From Yuukianura sp. NJ FZ-2021 (taxonomy: Eukaryota), in NCBI GenBank assembly GCA_046563655.1, contig CM102286.1, forward strand, positions 5,580,001 to 5,644,000: 64,000 nt of DNA, written 5' to 3'. A program made the position numbers and the translations under genes. Every line of letters begins with the position of its first letter. Position 1 is the stretch's first letter. Below are positions 14,701-26,262 of the stretch, piece by piece. The notes below the pieces were generated by a model. The model searched no databases and had not been told where the DNA came from. It saw nothing but the letters and a program-made list of their open reading frames with translations.

Positions 14701-17592
14701 TTTCATCTGTAGAGAAAAAACATGCGGGTTTATTTCAATGTTTTGCTACAAATCCAATGGGAACTGTGAGTAGTCCGGCTGAACTCAAAGTACTCGCAAA
14801 ACAAATTACGGCAATGAGCATCTCAAACGATGCCACAGGTCAGTTTTAATAGTGTTTGTAGCGTCACTTTTCTCAAAAAAAATTTGAAACAAGACTTTTC
14901 AACAAACTCGTCGTAAATGCTGTTTTTACAAGTGCAGTAATCTTGACCCGACAACACATCATGGGTCAAACTTGTCTCTTTGGGCTTTTGACGATGGCGG
15001 CTTTGCAATTAATTTATCGCCCGCAATGTTTGTTGCATTGTTACAAAAAAGAAACTTTTTTTTTTCTGCAAAACTGCTTTCCAAGCCTCTTTTCCTTTGT
15101 CTTCGAGCAAGAACACCAGGATTGCTGGATCATAAAACTCATTTTCATCTGCCATTTTTAAAAACAGTTTCCTCTGCTAAAAATTTCCTTTGAATGTTTT
15201 GTAGATTTGGGAAGTCGAGGGAGTGATATATCTCTACCGGCGGCGCGGAGACATGAGAAAACCCATAGCAATAAATTCCACCGTGGAAAACATAAACGGC
15301 GCAAACACAAAGGACAAGGTAAAGTAAATGTTCGGTGAGCAACCTCAAAACAAATGCAAAAGATGGGGGTTGGTCATCTTCCGTGAGAGGAAAGCCCTGA
15401 TTAACATAAGTTAATTGTTTATTGTATTGCAGATATCATCCCACCATCAAAACCACATGTGAATCGCGTCTCAGGTGAATTGTCTTTTATTACAGCGTTT
15501 TTTAGCACTGTAAAACAGCCCAGAGTTATTGTAGTCAAATTATAGATAATGCTGTTACAAGCGTGAAATTAACGTAAAACAATAAAATTGACCAATACGC
15601 TACTCTTCTGGAATCTGAACTCAAAATTTAAGCTTGCAAAACCAAATAAATTCTATACCATATTCACACGAAAAATTGTGGTAACGTACCAATGTAGCTT
15701 TCACTTCGTGTATTTCCGTTCCACGTTAATCTTATACACAGCATAAGTACAGAATCTAATACAAATACATGCGTACTTGCGTAAGAGAATCTTATTTCTA
15801 ATGTATTTTTGATTTTGTTTTCAGATAATTCTGTCATGGTTCGGTAAGTTCATTTCCATAAATTCTTTTTACAAAATGAGGCAACGGTTACCCATGCGTT
15901 TTTAACCTCCAAGCTTTAGAATTTGGGGTTTACTTAATTTAACGCATGAGTAACTTTTCGCACATTAAGTTTCCAACGCTGAATAATTTTTATGTGAATC
16001 ATGTAAATTTTCTTCAGATGGTCTGTTCCGCCCAACACTGGATATCCAATTCAATTCTTTAAAATTCAGTACAAAGAAGTAAGCAAAAGGAACAATGGCT
16101 GGGTAACACTCGACGAAGATATACCGCCGCATATTCATAGCTTCGAGGTCGATGACCTCCATGTTGGTCAAGCCTACAGGTATGAAGGAAAATATGCCGC
16201 TGTCTGGAAAAACGGTGTTAATTTGACTAATTTTTTATAATTTCAAATTTTGATGTCCTCAGGTTCCGAATACTGGCAGTATACTCAAACAATGATAACA
16301 GAGAAAGTCCAAACTCGGAGAAATTTGTGCTGCACAGAGAAACGTCATTAGGGCGACCAAACTTTGCACCAGTGGTCATCACTGCAGCTCCACACAATAC
16401 AACCACAATCATTCTTAGATGGAAGGTAAAGCAAATGCCACAATGTAAATCAAAAATTCCGATTTCTTCATTTTCATAGCCAACTCTTGATTTTGCTTGT
16501 AGCATATGAGAGGTGACATCGGAGGACTCGAGGGGTACTTCATTTATTACCGTGAGTCAACAAGCGCTGGAGACTACTCGAAAGTTACAGTACTTGGAGC
16601 TGAAGCCGAAGCCCACTACATTACACATTTGAAACCTGGAACTGCTTACGACATCAAGATTCAAGCATTTAACAGGGCTGGAGCGTCAAATTTCAGTTCT
16701 ATCAACACCGCAAAAACCTTAGGTACGAAGCATTTTTGCAGAAAAAGTTTTGAATTTTTTTTTTACGAATTTATTTTTTACAATTTTTTTTTCTATTTTT
16801 TTTCCCTAGGAATTGCTACAACTGAGAAGCCTCCTGAAGATGAAATCAGGAAAAAGGAGACTGATTTCGTCGTGCCCGAAGATCCACCGCCAACAAATGA
16901 TCGTCTCTACGTACTCCTCGGTTGCTTGTTTGCCGGATTCTGGATTTTTCTTTGTATCACATGCGCACTATGCTACAAATGCAAACAGAGAAGAGGTAAC
17001 AGCTTTGTCATTGTCCTATAAACGCTTTTCAGTATTCCTAAAAGTAAATTAACATTTTGAACTCCAGCCGAGGAAGAAGCAAAATATCCATGTAATTCTC
17101 CTGCAGACGCCGCTGCGAGAACTGCAGGAAACGGACATGTACTCAATGGATACATTCCCACAATTGCTTCACATTTAGAAGTGGAGAAGGTAAGATTATT
17201 CTTGGTTTTTAAAGTTTATCGATACTAACAACAGTTCACTTTAGGAAACTTCTTTCGTCGAGAGAATCAACAACAACCGCCCAATTTCTCCCTGTGAATT
17301 GAATGCCTCCACCGTGGAGTTGGGCATGATGTCGTTCAGGTCAAACGGAGGCGGTGATACGCGGACTTGGACAGAGTTGAAACCGGTGCGTACAGAAAAA
17401 GATCCGGGTTCTAGAAATCCGAAAAGTAGTAACGGGAGTCTACGGCGTGGCACGTACGCTACATGTAGCAATGATGAATTAGATCGTGAGGAATTTGAAG
17501 ACAGAGACACAAAGATATTCCCTAAAGAACATTACAAGGGAAGTCGGAAACACAGTCTGAATCGAAAGCGAGCCAGCATGGGTGACGGATAA
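8734..17592 (+). CDS. ihog: Interference hedgehog / brother of ihog (CDON/BOC family) Hedgehog co-receptor: signal peptide, 4 Ig, 2 FN3, TM, ~889 aa, 17 coding exons
   Basis: GT-AG exons in consistent phase: 8734-8839, 12096-12196, 12327-12458, 12605-12812, 13413-13628, 14114-14335, 14450-14605, 14686-14838, 15205-15318, 15433-15474, 15825-15843, 16018-16179, 16263-16425, 16503-16722, 16810-16995, 17068-17189, 17245-17592 (2670 nt). Signal peptide LVLLLFILFGSPISHA; four Ig domains (e.g. DSGYYWC, HAGLFQC); FN3 motifs IQFFKIQYKE, YRFRILAVYSNNDNRES and LKPGTAYDIKIQAFN typical of Ihog; TM LYVLLGCLFAGFWIFLCITCAL. Confidence 0.9.
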
Positions 17593-18602
17593 ACTGCCTC
17601 AAGCTGCAATAAATACTCTGAAATTGCCATCATCACAAATTTTACAAATCCCGTAAACGTCAACCTCATCTCAACTCGTGCCTTGTCAACTTTATTGTGA
17701 TATTTACTCAAACTCCATTGCATAAAACTTAAGTAATCTCCCTTCTAAGGAATCAATTTTGACAACCCAAGTCTTCCGTTCTGCGGCATCCGCTACTTAA
17801 ATATTTTTAGACTGACTTATTATTTTAGAATTGTTACTTTAATTATGCTGTATGTTGTTGGTAGTTTAGTTATTTAGTATGTTAACTTTAAATACTTTAC
17901 GCATGCTTGTTGTTGAAGTTTGTGTAGCATTGTAGTGAAGAATGATGACTGCATGATGCTAGAATATGAGCCATAATAATTTTGAATGGATGATCTCCCT
18001 AAACTTCGGCGACAGAATACTTAATTCATGAAATGCTAAATAAGCCGAAGAAGCTCAACCTGAATCTCAGTATTCAGAAATAAGACAATTTTCGTATTCC
18101 GTTCGAGACTGCCATGTTTGTAAGGCCATTATACTTTTACTGTTTTTATGATAATGAAAGTAAGTCAGTTATTTATTCTGTGTATAATTAGCACAAATCG
18201 CCACAAATAAATCGATACGTTATGTACGTGGCCGGATGTTTACCATTTCAATGTTATAGAGCACGCGCATCAAATAAAGTTAGATATTCGTATATAATAT
18301 TGCCTGCCTCCACGGCACAAAACCCTGAATGTGGCGGTGAAGGATAAACATTATTTCCACAATGAAAAACAAGACTTTTTCATTAACGCTTAAGACATGA
18401 AGCGTCCATAAATGCAGTTTGTCGCTGATAAGATTAAGATAGGTGCTATTGGACCAGTTTTGAACATTGTAATGAATGGTTAAATTCGGAAAAATAAATT
18501 TCCGACGACATAAGTACACCTTTTGGATTCTGGAAATCATACACATTAGCGTTGGCGGTTAGTACATTACATCGGTCAGTTAGTTTTCAGGTCAAGAGGA
18601 AA

Positions 18603-19965
18603 ATGGAAAACATGTCCTCATTGTCATACCCTCACATTTCCGTAATTCCGAATCGGTATAATGTAAATCAGAAACCGGTGCAACCAATAAGCGACGAATC
18701 GAAGTACTGGAAACGTAACTTTGAGTTCACAACGTTTCTTTTGGTGATATGTGGCATTCCAGTACATCTTTTGGCCTTGCCATCAAAAGCACCACAAAAA
18801 GAAAATTTTCGTAGTTGGTTACAATTGTTAGCATTTGGTTGGACAAACCACGCTCTTTACGTACCAGTTCACCTACTATTTTTCTGTGTATTTTTCATAG
18901 TGAATTTATTATTTTTACATGATCTGTACTACATAACTGCCAGTTTATTGATACGCGGAGAAGTTGGATATAAAGATTTCAAGTCCTTGTTCGACATGAT
19001 GAAGGTATTGCTTCTGCTAATCACTACGGACTTTCTCTGGATTTGGGGATACACTATCAGAAATTTCATCCGAAATTTGTTAAGTCAAGTACAACTAAAT
19101 CACCCAACGGAAACAAATTCTTCGCCCTTATGGACGCACAGGCTCCACCTCGTCATATTATACGTTGTAATGACAATAATCCATTCATTGCATTATTATT
19201 TTTACATTGACCGGTGTAATGAAAAATGTGGGCCAAGAACTATCCTGGACATCCTGGACTACTTGAAGTCTCCCATTCTTGCGACACTTCTGTTTCCCAC
19301 ATATATTAACGTCTGCTGGATAATCAAACGACAATTTCAGCTATTGGGGTGGTGGTTGGACCGAAAATGTACCGAAACGCTATCGAAACCGGACATTTTG
19401 CAAATTTTCAAGGACTCAAAGGATACTGTAACAGGACTTTGCAACACAATTCAACGAGCAAATTCCTTACTTTCTTCTTTGCTTTCATGGGCAATCGCAT
19501 TGGTGTATCTTTCCTTGATCATTGACACGATGGACTTTGTTTTGAAAATGACGTCATCCGGAAATAAGTTAAGGCTGGTGGTTGTCTTCACTTGTATCAT
19601 ATTGGCCAAGCTAGGACTGATCTACTACACCAGTTGTCAAGTTGACGCTGCAAATTCAGAAGCTCAGTACTTCCTTGTCAAGCTAAATTCGTTTGCCATG
19701 AATTCAGGAGTGTGGAGCGAGCCAGATTTGTACCATTCTGTAAGACGCAACACATATAGAGAGTATGAATCAATTAGCTAGAACGTTGGTTTTAAATTAA
19801 TTTTGATATTTTGAAATATTACAGTATCGAGTTTTGAAATTTTATGCGGAATCGAGATTTCAAGGCGCGCGTGCTTCCGTTTTGGCTATTGCAGCCAATC
19901 CCTTACTGGCCTTATTGAGGAGCGCTGTCAATTCATCATCTCTGAACAAGCTGAGAGCAGCATAA
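18603..19965 (+). CDS. Divergent multi-pass membrane protein resembling arthropod gustatory receptors (7TM chemoreceptor superfamily), ~425 aa, 2 exons
   Basis: Long hydrophobic exon 18603-19739, phase-0 intron 19740-19824 (gtaag...acag), terminal exon 19825-19965. Multiple TM stretches and GR-like segments (LCNTIQRANSLLSSLL, SCQVDAANSEA). A long first exon plus a phase-0 3' intron is typical of GRs, but the canonical TM7 TYxxxxxQF motif is absent. Confidence 0.6.
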
Positions 19966-20417
19966 CTCACTTCCAGCAGCATTAGCAGCACTGTGATGCC
20001 GATTTTTAGATTTTCTCCGACATCACTTTCCACCATAAAACTACAGCAGCCTTTGATCTGTTTCAAGAAACTAAACTGTGCTAAGATTCAATCGACTTTG
20101 TAATGCAGTAATAAATCAAGCATAGTGTATCATAATCATGCATAATAATGTCATAATAATTATCAACGATACAGAACTTTTAATTAACCCTCCAGGGCTC
20201 ATCAGGGAAGTCAAGTTAGAACATCCAGAGTAGGTTGAACTGAACATATAGGGTAGGCGTGGCATTCTCGGTTAGATTTCCGTTTCGGGGGCAGTGTTTG
20301 TTTCCAAGTGTTTTGGTCAAAATTTTCGAAATTTTTTTTTTCGTTTTTTTTTTTCACCTTTTATCATGTCTCGAAGGATTTTGGAACGTTCGGAGCAAAA
20401 AAATTCTTTTGACCCGA

Positions 20418-22882
20418 TAATAATAACACTTCTGCTGTGCATTCAAGCAAGAGACACAGGGACTAAGTTTTTGTACCACATCCCCGAACCAATGGATTGA
20501 GACTTTGGAACGATCTGTGCATGGACACATTCGTCAAGAAGTGATTCCGTAGGTTTCGGTTGTGGGATTTAGTATGTGTTCCTAAGTGATGGTGCACAGA
20601 AGGTTTAGGAAAAAATTTAGAACTATTATTTAGAAAAGAGTTGTTTTCACTTTTTGCGTTTTAAGAAATTTCGGCTACGTTAAGTAAATTTTTTAAGTTG
20701 AGATTCGAGTTGTGAAAAACGAAATTCGGAATTAGTCTACACGAAGATACATACGACAGAGGACTAGTCAATGACTACGCTCGAGATTCCGGCCCCAGTT
20801 CACTCGAACTGGCACACTCCGGACTTACCGAGAGAGATTCACACCCCTCCCTGCCCTGTGTCACCTGAACAGCTACTTGCAAGCCTCGATCCGTCCTCGC
20901 GCCCAATCTACTACAATGCCGTATGTTCCAGCGTATAGAAAAAACCGAAAGTCACGTTAAACGTCAAGTCAAGTCTCGTTAACTCTAATAATAACACTTC
21001 TGCTGCGCATTCAAGCAAGAGACACAGGGACTAAGTTTTTTACCACATCCCCGAACCAATGCGGATTGAGACTTTGAAACGATCTGTGCATGGACACATT
21101 CGTCAAGAAGTGATTCCGTAGGTTTCGGTTGTGGGATTTAGTATGTGTTCCTAAGTGATGGTGCACAGAAGGTTTAGGAAAAAATTTAGAACTATTATTT
21201 AGAAAAGAGTTGTTTTCACTTTTTGCGTTTTAAGAAATTTCGGCTACGTTAAGTAAATTTTTTAAGTTGAGATTCGAGTTGTGAAAAACGAAATTCGGAA
21301 TTAGTCTACACGAAGATACATACGACAGAGGACTAGTCAATGACTACGCTCGAGATTCCGGCCCCAGTTCACTCGAACTGGCACACTCCGGACTTACCGA
21401 AAGAGATTCACACCCCTCCCTGCCCTGTGTCACCTGAACAGCTACTTGCAAGCCTCGATCCGTCCTCGCGCCCAATCTACTACAATGCCGTATGTACCAG
21501 CGTATAGAAAAAAACCGAAAGTCACGTTAAACGTCAAGTCAAGTCTCGTTAACTCTAATAATAACACTTCTGCTGCGCATTCAAGCAAGAGACACAGGGA
21601 CTAAGTTTTTTACCACATCCCCGAACCAATGGATTGAGACTTTGGAACGATCTGTGCATGGACACATTCGTCAAGAAGTGATTCCGTAGGTTTCGGTTGT
21701 GGGATTTAGTATGTGTTCCTAAGTGATGGTGCACAGAAGGTTTAGGAAAAAATTTAGAACTATTATTTAGAAAAGAGTTGTTTTCACTTTTTGCGTTTTA
21801 AGAAATTTCGGCTACGTTAAGTAAATTTTTTAAGTTGAGATTCGAGTTGTGAAAAACGAAATTCGGAATTAGTCTACACGAAGATACATACGACAGAGGA
21901 CTAGTCAATGACTACGCTCGAGATTCCGGCCCCAGTTCACTCGAACTGGCACACTCCGGACTTACCGAGAGAGATTCACACCCCTCCCTGCCCTGTGTCA
22001 CCTGAACAGCTACTTGCAAGCCTCGATCCGTCCTCGCGCCCAATCTACTACAATGCCGTATGTTCCAGCGTATAGAAAAAAACCGAAAGTCACGTTAAAC
22101 GTCAAGTCAAGTCTCGTTAACTCTAATAATAACACTTCTGCTGCGCATTCAAGCAAGAGACACAGGGACTAAGTTTTTTACCACATCCCCGAACCAATGC
22201 GGATTGAGACTTTGAAACGATCTGTGCATGGACACATTCGTCAAGAAGTGATTCCGTAGGTTTCGGTTGTGGGATTTAGTATGTGTTCCTAAGTGATGGT
22301 GCACAGAAGGTTTAGGAAAAAATTTAGAACTATTATTTAGAAAAGAGTTGTTTTCACTTTTTGCGTTTTAAGAAATTTCGGCTACGTTAAGTAAATTTTT
22401 TAAGTTGAGATTCGAGTTGTGAAAAACGAAATTCGGAATTAGTCTACACGAAGATACATACGACAGAGGACTAGTCAATGACTACGCTCGAGATTCCGGA
22501 CCCAGTTCACTCGAACTGGCACACTCCGGACTTACCGAGAGAGATTCACACCCCTCCCTGCCCTGTGTCACCTGAACAGCTACTTGCAAGCCTCGATCCG
22601 TCCTCGCGCCCAATCTACTACAATGCCGTATGTACCAGCGTATAGAAAAAAACCGAAAGTCACGTTAAACGTCAAGTCAAGTCTCGTTAACTCTAATAAT
22701 AACACTTCTGCTGCGCATTCAAGCAAGAGACACAGGGACTAAGTTTTTTACCACATCCCCGAACCAATGCGGATTGAGACTTTGAAACGATCTGTGCATG
22801 CACACATTCGTCAAGAAGTGATTCCGTAGGTTTCGGTTGTGGGATTTAGTATGTGTTCCTAAGTGATGGTGCAGAGAAGGTT
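20418..22882. repeat. Tandem array of ~4.3 near-identical units of 568/570 bp, each containing a ~175-nt imperfect hairpin
   Basis: Units start (taataataacacttc) at 20418, 20986, 21556, 22124 and 22694; the last is truncated at 22882. Only a few substitutions and indels separate the units. Confidence 0.97.
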
Positions 22883-22989
22883 GAGTCAAAAATTTAAAGT
22901 TCATTTTACTATTTTTTGAACCAAAATTACGAAACAAACTCCAGATTTTTTCAGTATTATGCATAATGAATCTGTATAATTTTGTGAAA

Positions 22990-23375
22990 GAAGTTTCAAA
23001 GAAGACGAGTTCCGTGCGTCCATGAAACATGAAGAGGAAGTGGGACTGTTGATGGCAGATATCGCTAAGGACTTTCCTCGCTTGCAGTACATTCTAAGGT
23101 CACCTCAAAAGTTGACATGTTCGTGATATTTATTTGTAAATTTTACTATTTCAGAGAGAATTTTAACATCGTCCTGTACGGATTCGGATCCAAAGAACCA
23201 ATTCTAAAAAGTTTCAAGTCCTTTCTCAACGATGAGTTTATGATTGTAGACACCAACAGACATTTTCCAAAGTTAAAACCTAAGAATGTAAGTTTCTAAA
23301 ATCACACTTCTAATACCAACCGGAAGTGAATGTATCAACTGTGCTTGATTGGAAATTTAGATTCTGCTGAGTTTC
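22990..23375 (+). pseudogene. ORC2: Fragment of origin recognition complex subunit 2 (internal exons with their introns)
   Basis: Spliced translation (introns 23099-23154 and 23288-23360): MKHEEEVGLLMADIAKDFPRLQYILR/ENFNIVLYGFGSKEPILKSF...IVDTNRHFPKLKPKN/ILLSF, matching the ORC2 motif F.ILLYG.GSK..LL.F...VV.NG.FP.L..K.IL. The frame stops shortly after, and the rest of ORC2 is absent. Confidence 0.75.
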
Positions 23376-24797
23376 TGGGAACCGGCAATGTGACATTGGA
23401 CACCAGAATCGCTATAATCGGGAGCGGAATTGCCGGCTTATCGACTGGACTTGCCCTGCACAACGCTGGATTTACTCAAGTAAGGATTTGCGAACGGGAC
23501 GATTGTTTTGACCGGAGACGACAAGGCTATGGACTCACAATGCTACAAGGAAATACTGTCCTCAGAAGACTGGAGTTTATGACAAGGTCAACCAGATTGA
23601 CACGCCCTCCAGATCTCACTACATCTTCGACTGTCATGGCAACATTGTCGGATTCTTCGGAACCAAATTCTGGCCATCACCAACCTCTGACAAGAAGGCC
23701 AAGTACAACCTCCATGTCAGCAGACAGAATCTACGCAAAATACTCTATGAACAACTGACACTAAAGGCACAAGGAATCGTTCAGTGGAACAAGATGTTGG
23801 ATTCCATCTTCCAGTTCCAGAACAGCCTAATAACGGTGAGAATTCGTGGGAACTTTCCTTTTCGGATGGACATTTTACTAAGGTGCAGTTGGTAATTGGT
23901 TGTGATGGGATTAACAGTTTCGCCCGTCGTCAAGCCTTTCCGGAAGATGACAATGACAATCCGCTCAAATATTTGGGAATCCTACTTGTTCTTGGTAATT
24001 CAAACATAATCAACTTAGTAAAATCACTATAATAGTAGTAATATAAAATAAAAGTACAAGTGTGTTTCTTTTTTAGGTATCACTAGGATTGATCACTAAC
24101 TAATAAGTCAAGAACGAGTGTTTCAAACTGTGGATGGAAACACAAGACTGTTTGCGATACCATTCTACGGAGATGAAAGCAGTCCGCATGAAAATATGAT
24201 GTGGCATCTGTCATTCCCAGTGGAGGAACAAGAAGCGAAACAATTAGCTGCCAACTTAGATCAACTAAAAAGAAGAGTTTTAGAAATGTGTGGAAACTGG
24301 CACGATCCGAATCCATCCCTCATCCAGTCAACTAATTTGTCACTGCTCATGGGTATCCCTACCTACGACAGAGACCCTCAACTGCCATGTCAAACTTCGA
24401 AGTCATTGGTGTTGCTTGGAGATGCTGCTCATCCAATGTCTCCCTTCAAAGGTCAAGGATCAAATCAAGCCTTACTGGACGGAGTCTACTTTACAGATTG
24501 TTTAAGTCGTGGAGTGAGCATAGATTCCGCTATTCGTAGCTTTGAAACTGGAATGTGGAACAGAGTTCGTCGGAAAGTGTTGGATTCCAAAAAAAGAGCA
24601 ACAACTTTCCACCACCCGAGCCGGGCGTCCTCGGAGGTGACTTTTTACTTTACCGGGGAATTGGACAAGAATTCCTCCAAAAGTTAAAAGAAAAAGGAGT
24701 CAACAGCAGCAGTGGAGAAGCAATCGATGACCTAATTATTTCAGAACTCAAAGGCCTCAATCTCAACGGTTACGGCAACTCAACTGCTCAAAGATGA
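23376..24797 (+). pseudogene. FAD-dependent monooxygenase (UbiH/FAD_binding_3 type) pseudogene with one intron
   Basis: Motifs IAIIGSGIAG, RRQGYGLT, LVIGCDGINS and LLGDAAHPMSPFKGQGSNQALLD. Frameshifts near 23570, 23810 and 24620; in-frame TAA at 24097-24099; GT-AG intron 23995-24076. Confidence 0.9.
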
Positions 24798-25659
24798 CAA
24801 TTATTTAAAAAAACAAGTCAACGTTATTTGTGTAAAAGTGTAAAAATGTAAATAAAGATTTCTGTTCAGTTAATTTGTAAACTACAAGTTTTTAAGGTCC
24901 ATCTTTTTCCTATTTGTGAGGTGTAGTACTTTCACTTTCGCCTGGAGAATAAGATTACTGAAATTCTTAAAGTGAAAGCGGATGTCCAGTTTTTTTGAAT
25001 TCTCGTTTGGTGAAACATGTTATGCTAACACTTGAAAGGAAATTGCGATTAAGTTTAGTCTGGAGATGCTTTCTTTTGAGGGACCTTGACTTTCACTTTG
25101 AGAAAACCAAATCATGTTGCTTTTCCATTCGTTTGGCTCAATTCAATTTGTCCATCCCAACATCAATCTTTCCTTTCACTTACATGCTCCTTAAGTTAAA
25201 AAATTGAAGGTTGCGGGTGGTAAATCATGTTTTGATTGGGCGGAAATGAAACTGTCCATCGCTGGACCAAGTCTTCATCGTCACCTGTCACTAGCAGCAC
25301 AGGAATCTCCTGGACAAACTCTACCGGAACTCCCGTCCACTTTCACAAATCCATTTTTCTACTTCTTCAACTTTTTCCTCAACATGTTGGATAAAGAAAG
25401 TGATGTGTAGGAGAGAGAAAGCGATGTAAAATGTGAAATCGGAAGTCGATGGAGCTTGTAGCTGAAAGAGTGAAAGTGTTGTAGTTTTGTCTTTTGTGTG
25501 AGATAGGAGGAATTAAGCGTAATTAAGATAATCACTCACTCAGGGTGACAAGGACCAGAAATTCCTGCTCAATTGGACGCACTCAAGCGAAGGCTTCTGT
25601 TTTAGCACAAACCAAATTCATCACGCGCCTCTCAACAAAACCCATTCAACGCAACGTGA

Positions 25660-26048
25660 GAAAGTCAGATATGGTGATAGGAAAAGAAAAGCGGAAATCT
25701 GAAAATTTGGCAAAAACTTGCAGACGTCGGGTTTTGGCACATTCCTGGCAGATATCCACGTCAGTCGGGGAACTTTGTAGTTTGTCCACTGCGAGTACAT
25801 CGGTCGTCCTTCCTTGCCCAATGAGAGACTCGTCAAGCAGAAACTGACTTCGCAAAAAGTTGAAGTCAGAGATTGCGATAGGAAAGGAAAAGCGAAAAGT
25901 AAAAAGAAATTGGCAAAACTTACAGACGTCGGGTTTTGGCACATTCCTGGCAGATATCCACGTCAGTCGGGGAACGTTGTAGTTTGTCCACTGCGAGTAC
26001 ATCGGTCGTCCTTCCTTGTCCAATGAGAGACTCGTCAAGCAGAAACTG
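25660..26048. repeat. Direct tandem duplication, period ~202 bp
   Basis: The block cagacgtcgggttttggcacattcctgg...gtcaagcagaaactg occurs at 25720-25846 and 25923-26048, with more diverged upstream parts. Confidence 0.9.
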
Positions 26049-26105
26049 CTTAAAGATGGACATCACGGTGAGGGCACTTGAACTTTTCAGTTTTTGAACC
26101 AAATA

Positions 26106-26262
26106 CAGTGCGAATTTTATGTTTTGGACCAAAAAACCTTCTCTAAAGCCTGTCTTCCTCTCCACCTCGATTTCAACCCTTGATCCCAGCGTCGAAATCG
26201 AAGTGGAAAGGAAAAGAGGTTTTGGAGATGGTTTTTTGGTCCAAAACATAAAATTCGCACTG
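26106..26262. mobile_element. 157-bp Tc1/mariner-type MITE, almost fully palindromic
   Basis: Perfect TIR cagtgcgaattttatgttttggaccaaaaaacc at both ends; TA dinucleotides at 26104-26105 and 26263-26264. Confidence 0.88.

Noticed and set aside
20771..20938. 55-aa ORF (MTTLEIPAPVHSNW...) repeated in each array unit
   Set aside because: Short and without recognisable features; its conservation is explained by recent duplication.
20418..22882. CRISPR array, TRIM/LTR tandem or ribozyme-bearing retrozyme interpretation of the 568-bp array
   Set aside because: Linkers are identical rather than unique spacers and there are no cas genes. No TG...CA LTR ends, PBS or PPT. No intact hammerhead core, and the tcctcgc motif lacks the HDV P3/P1 pairings.
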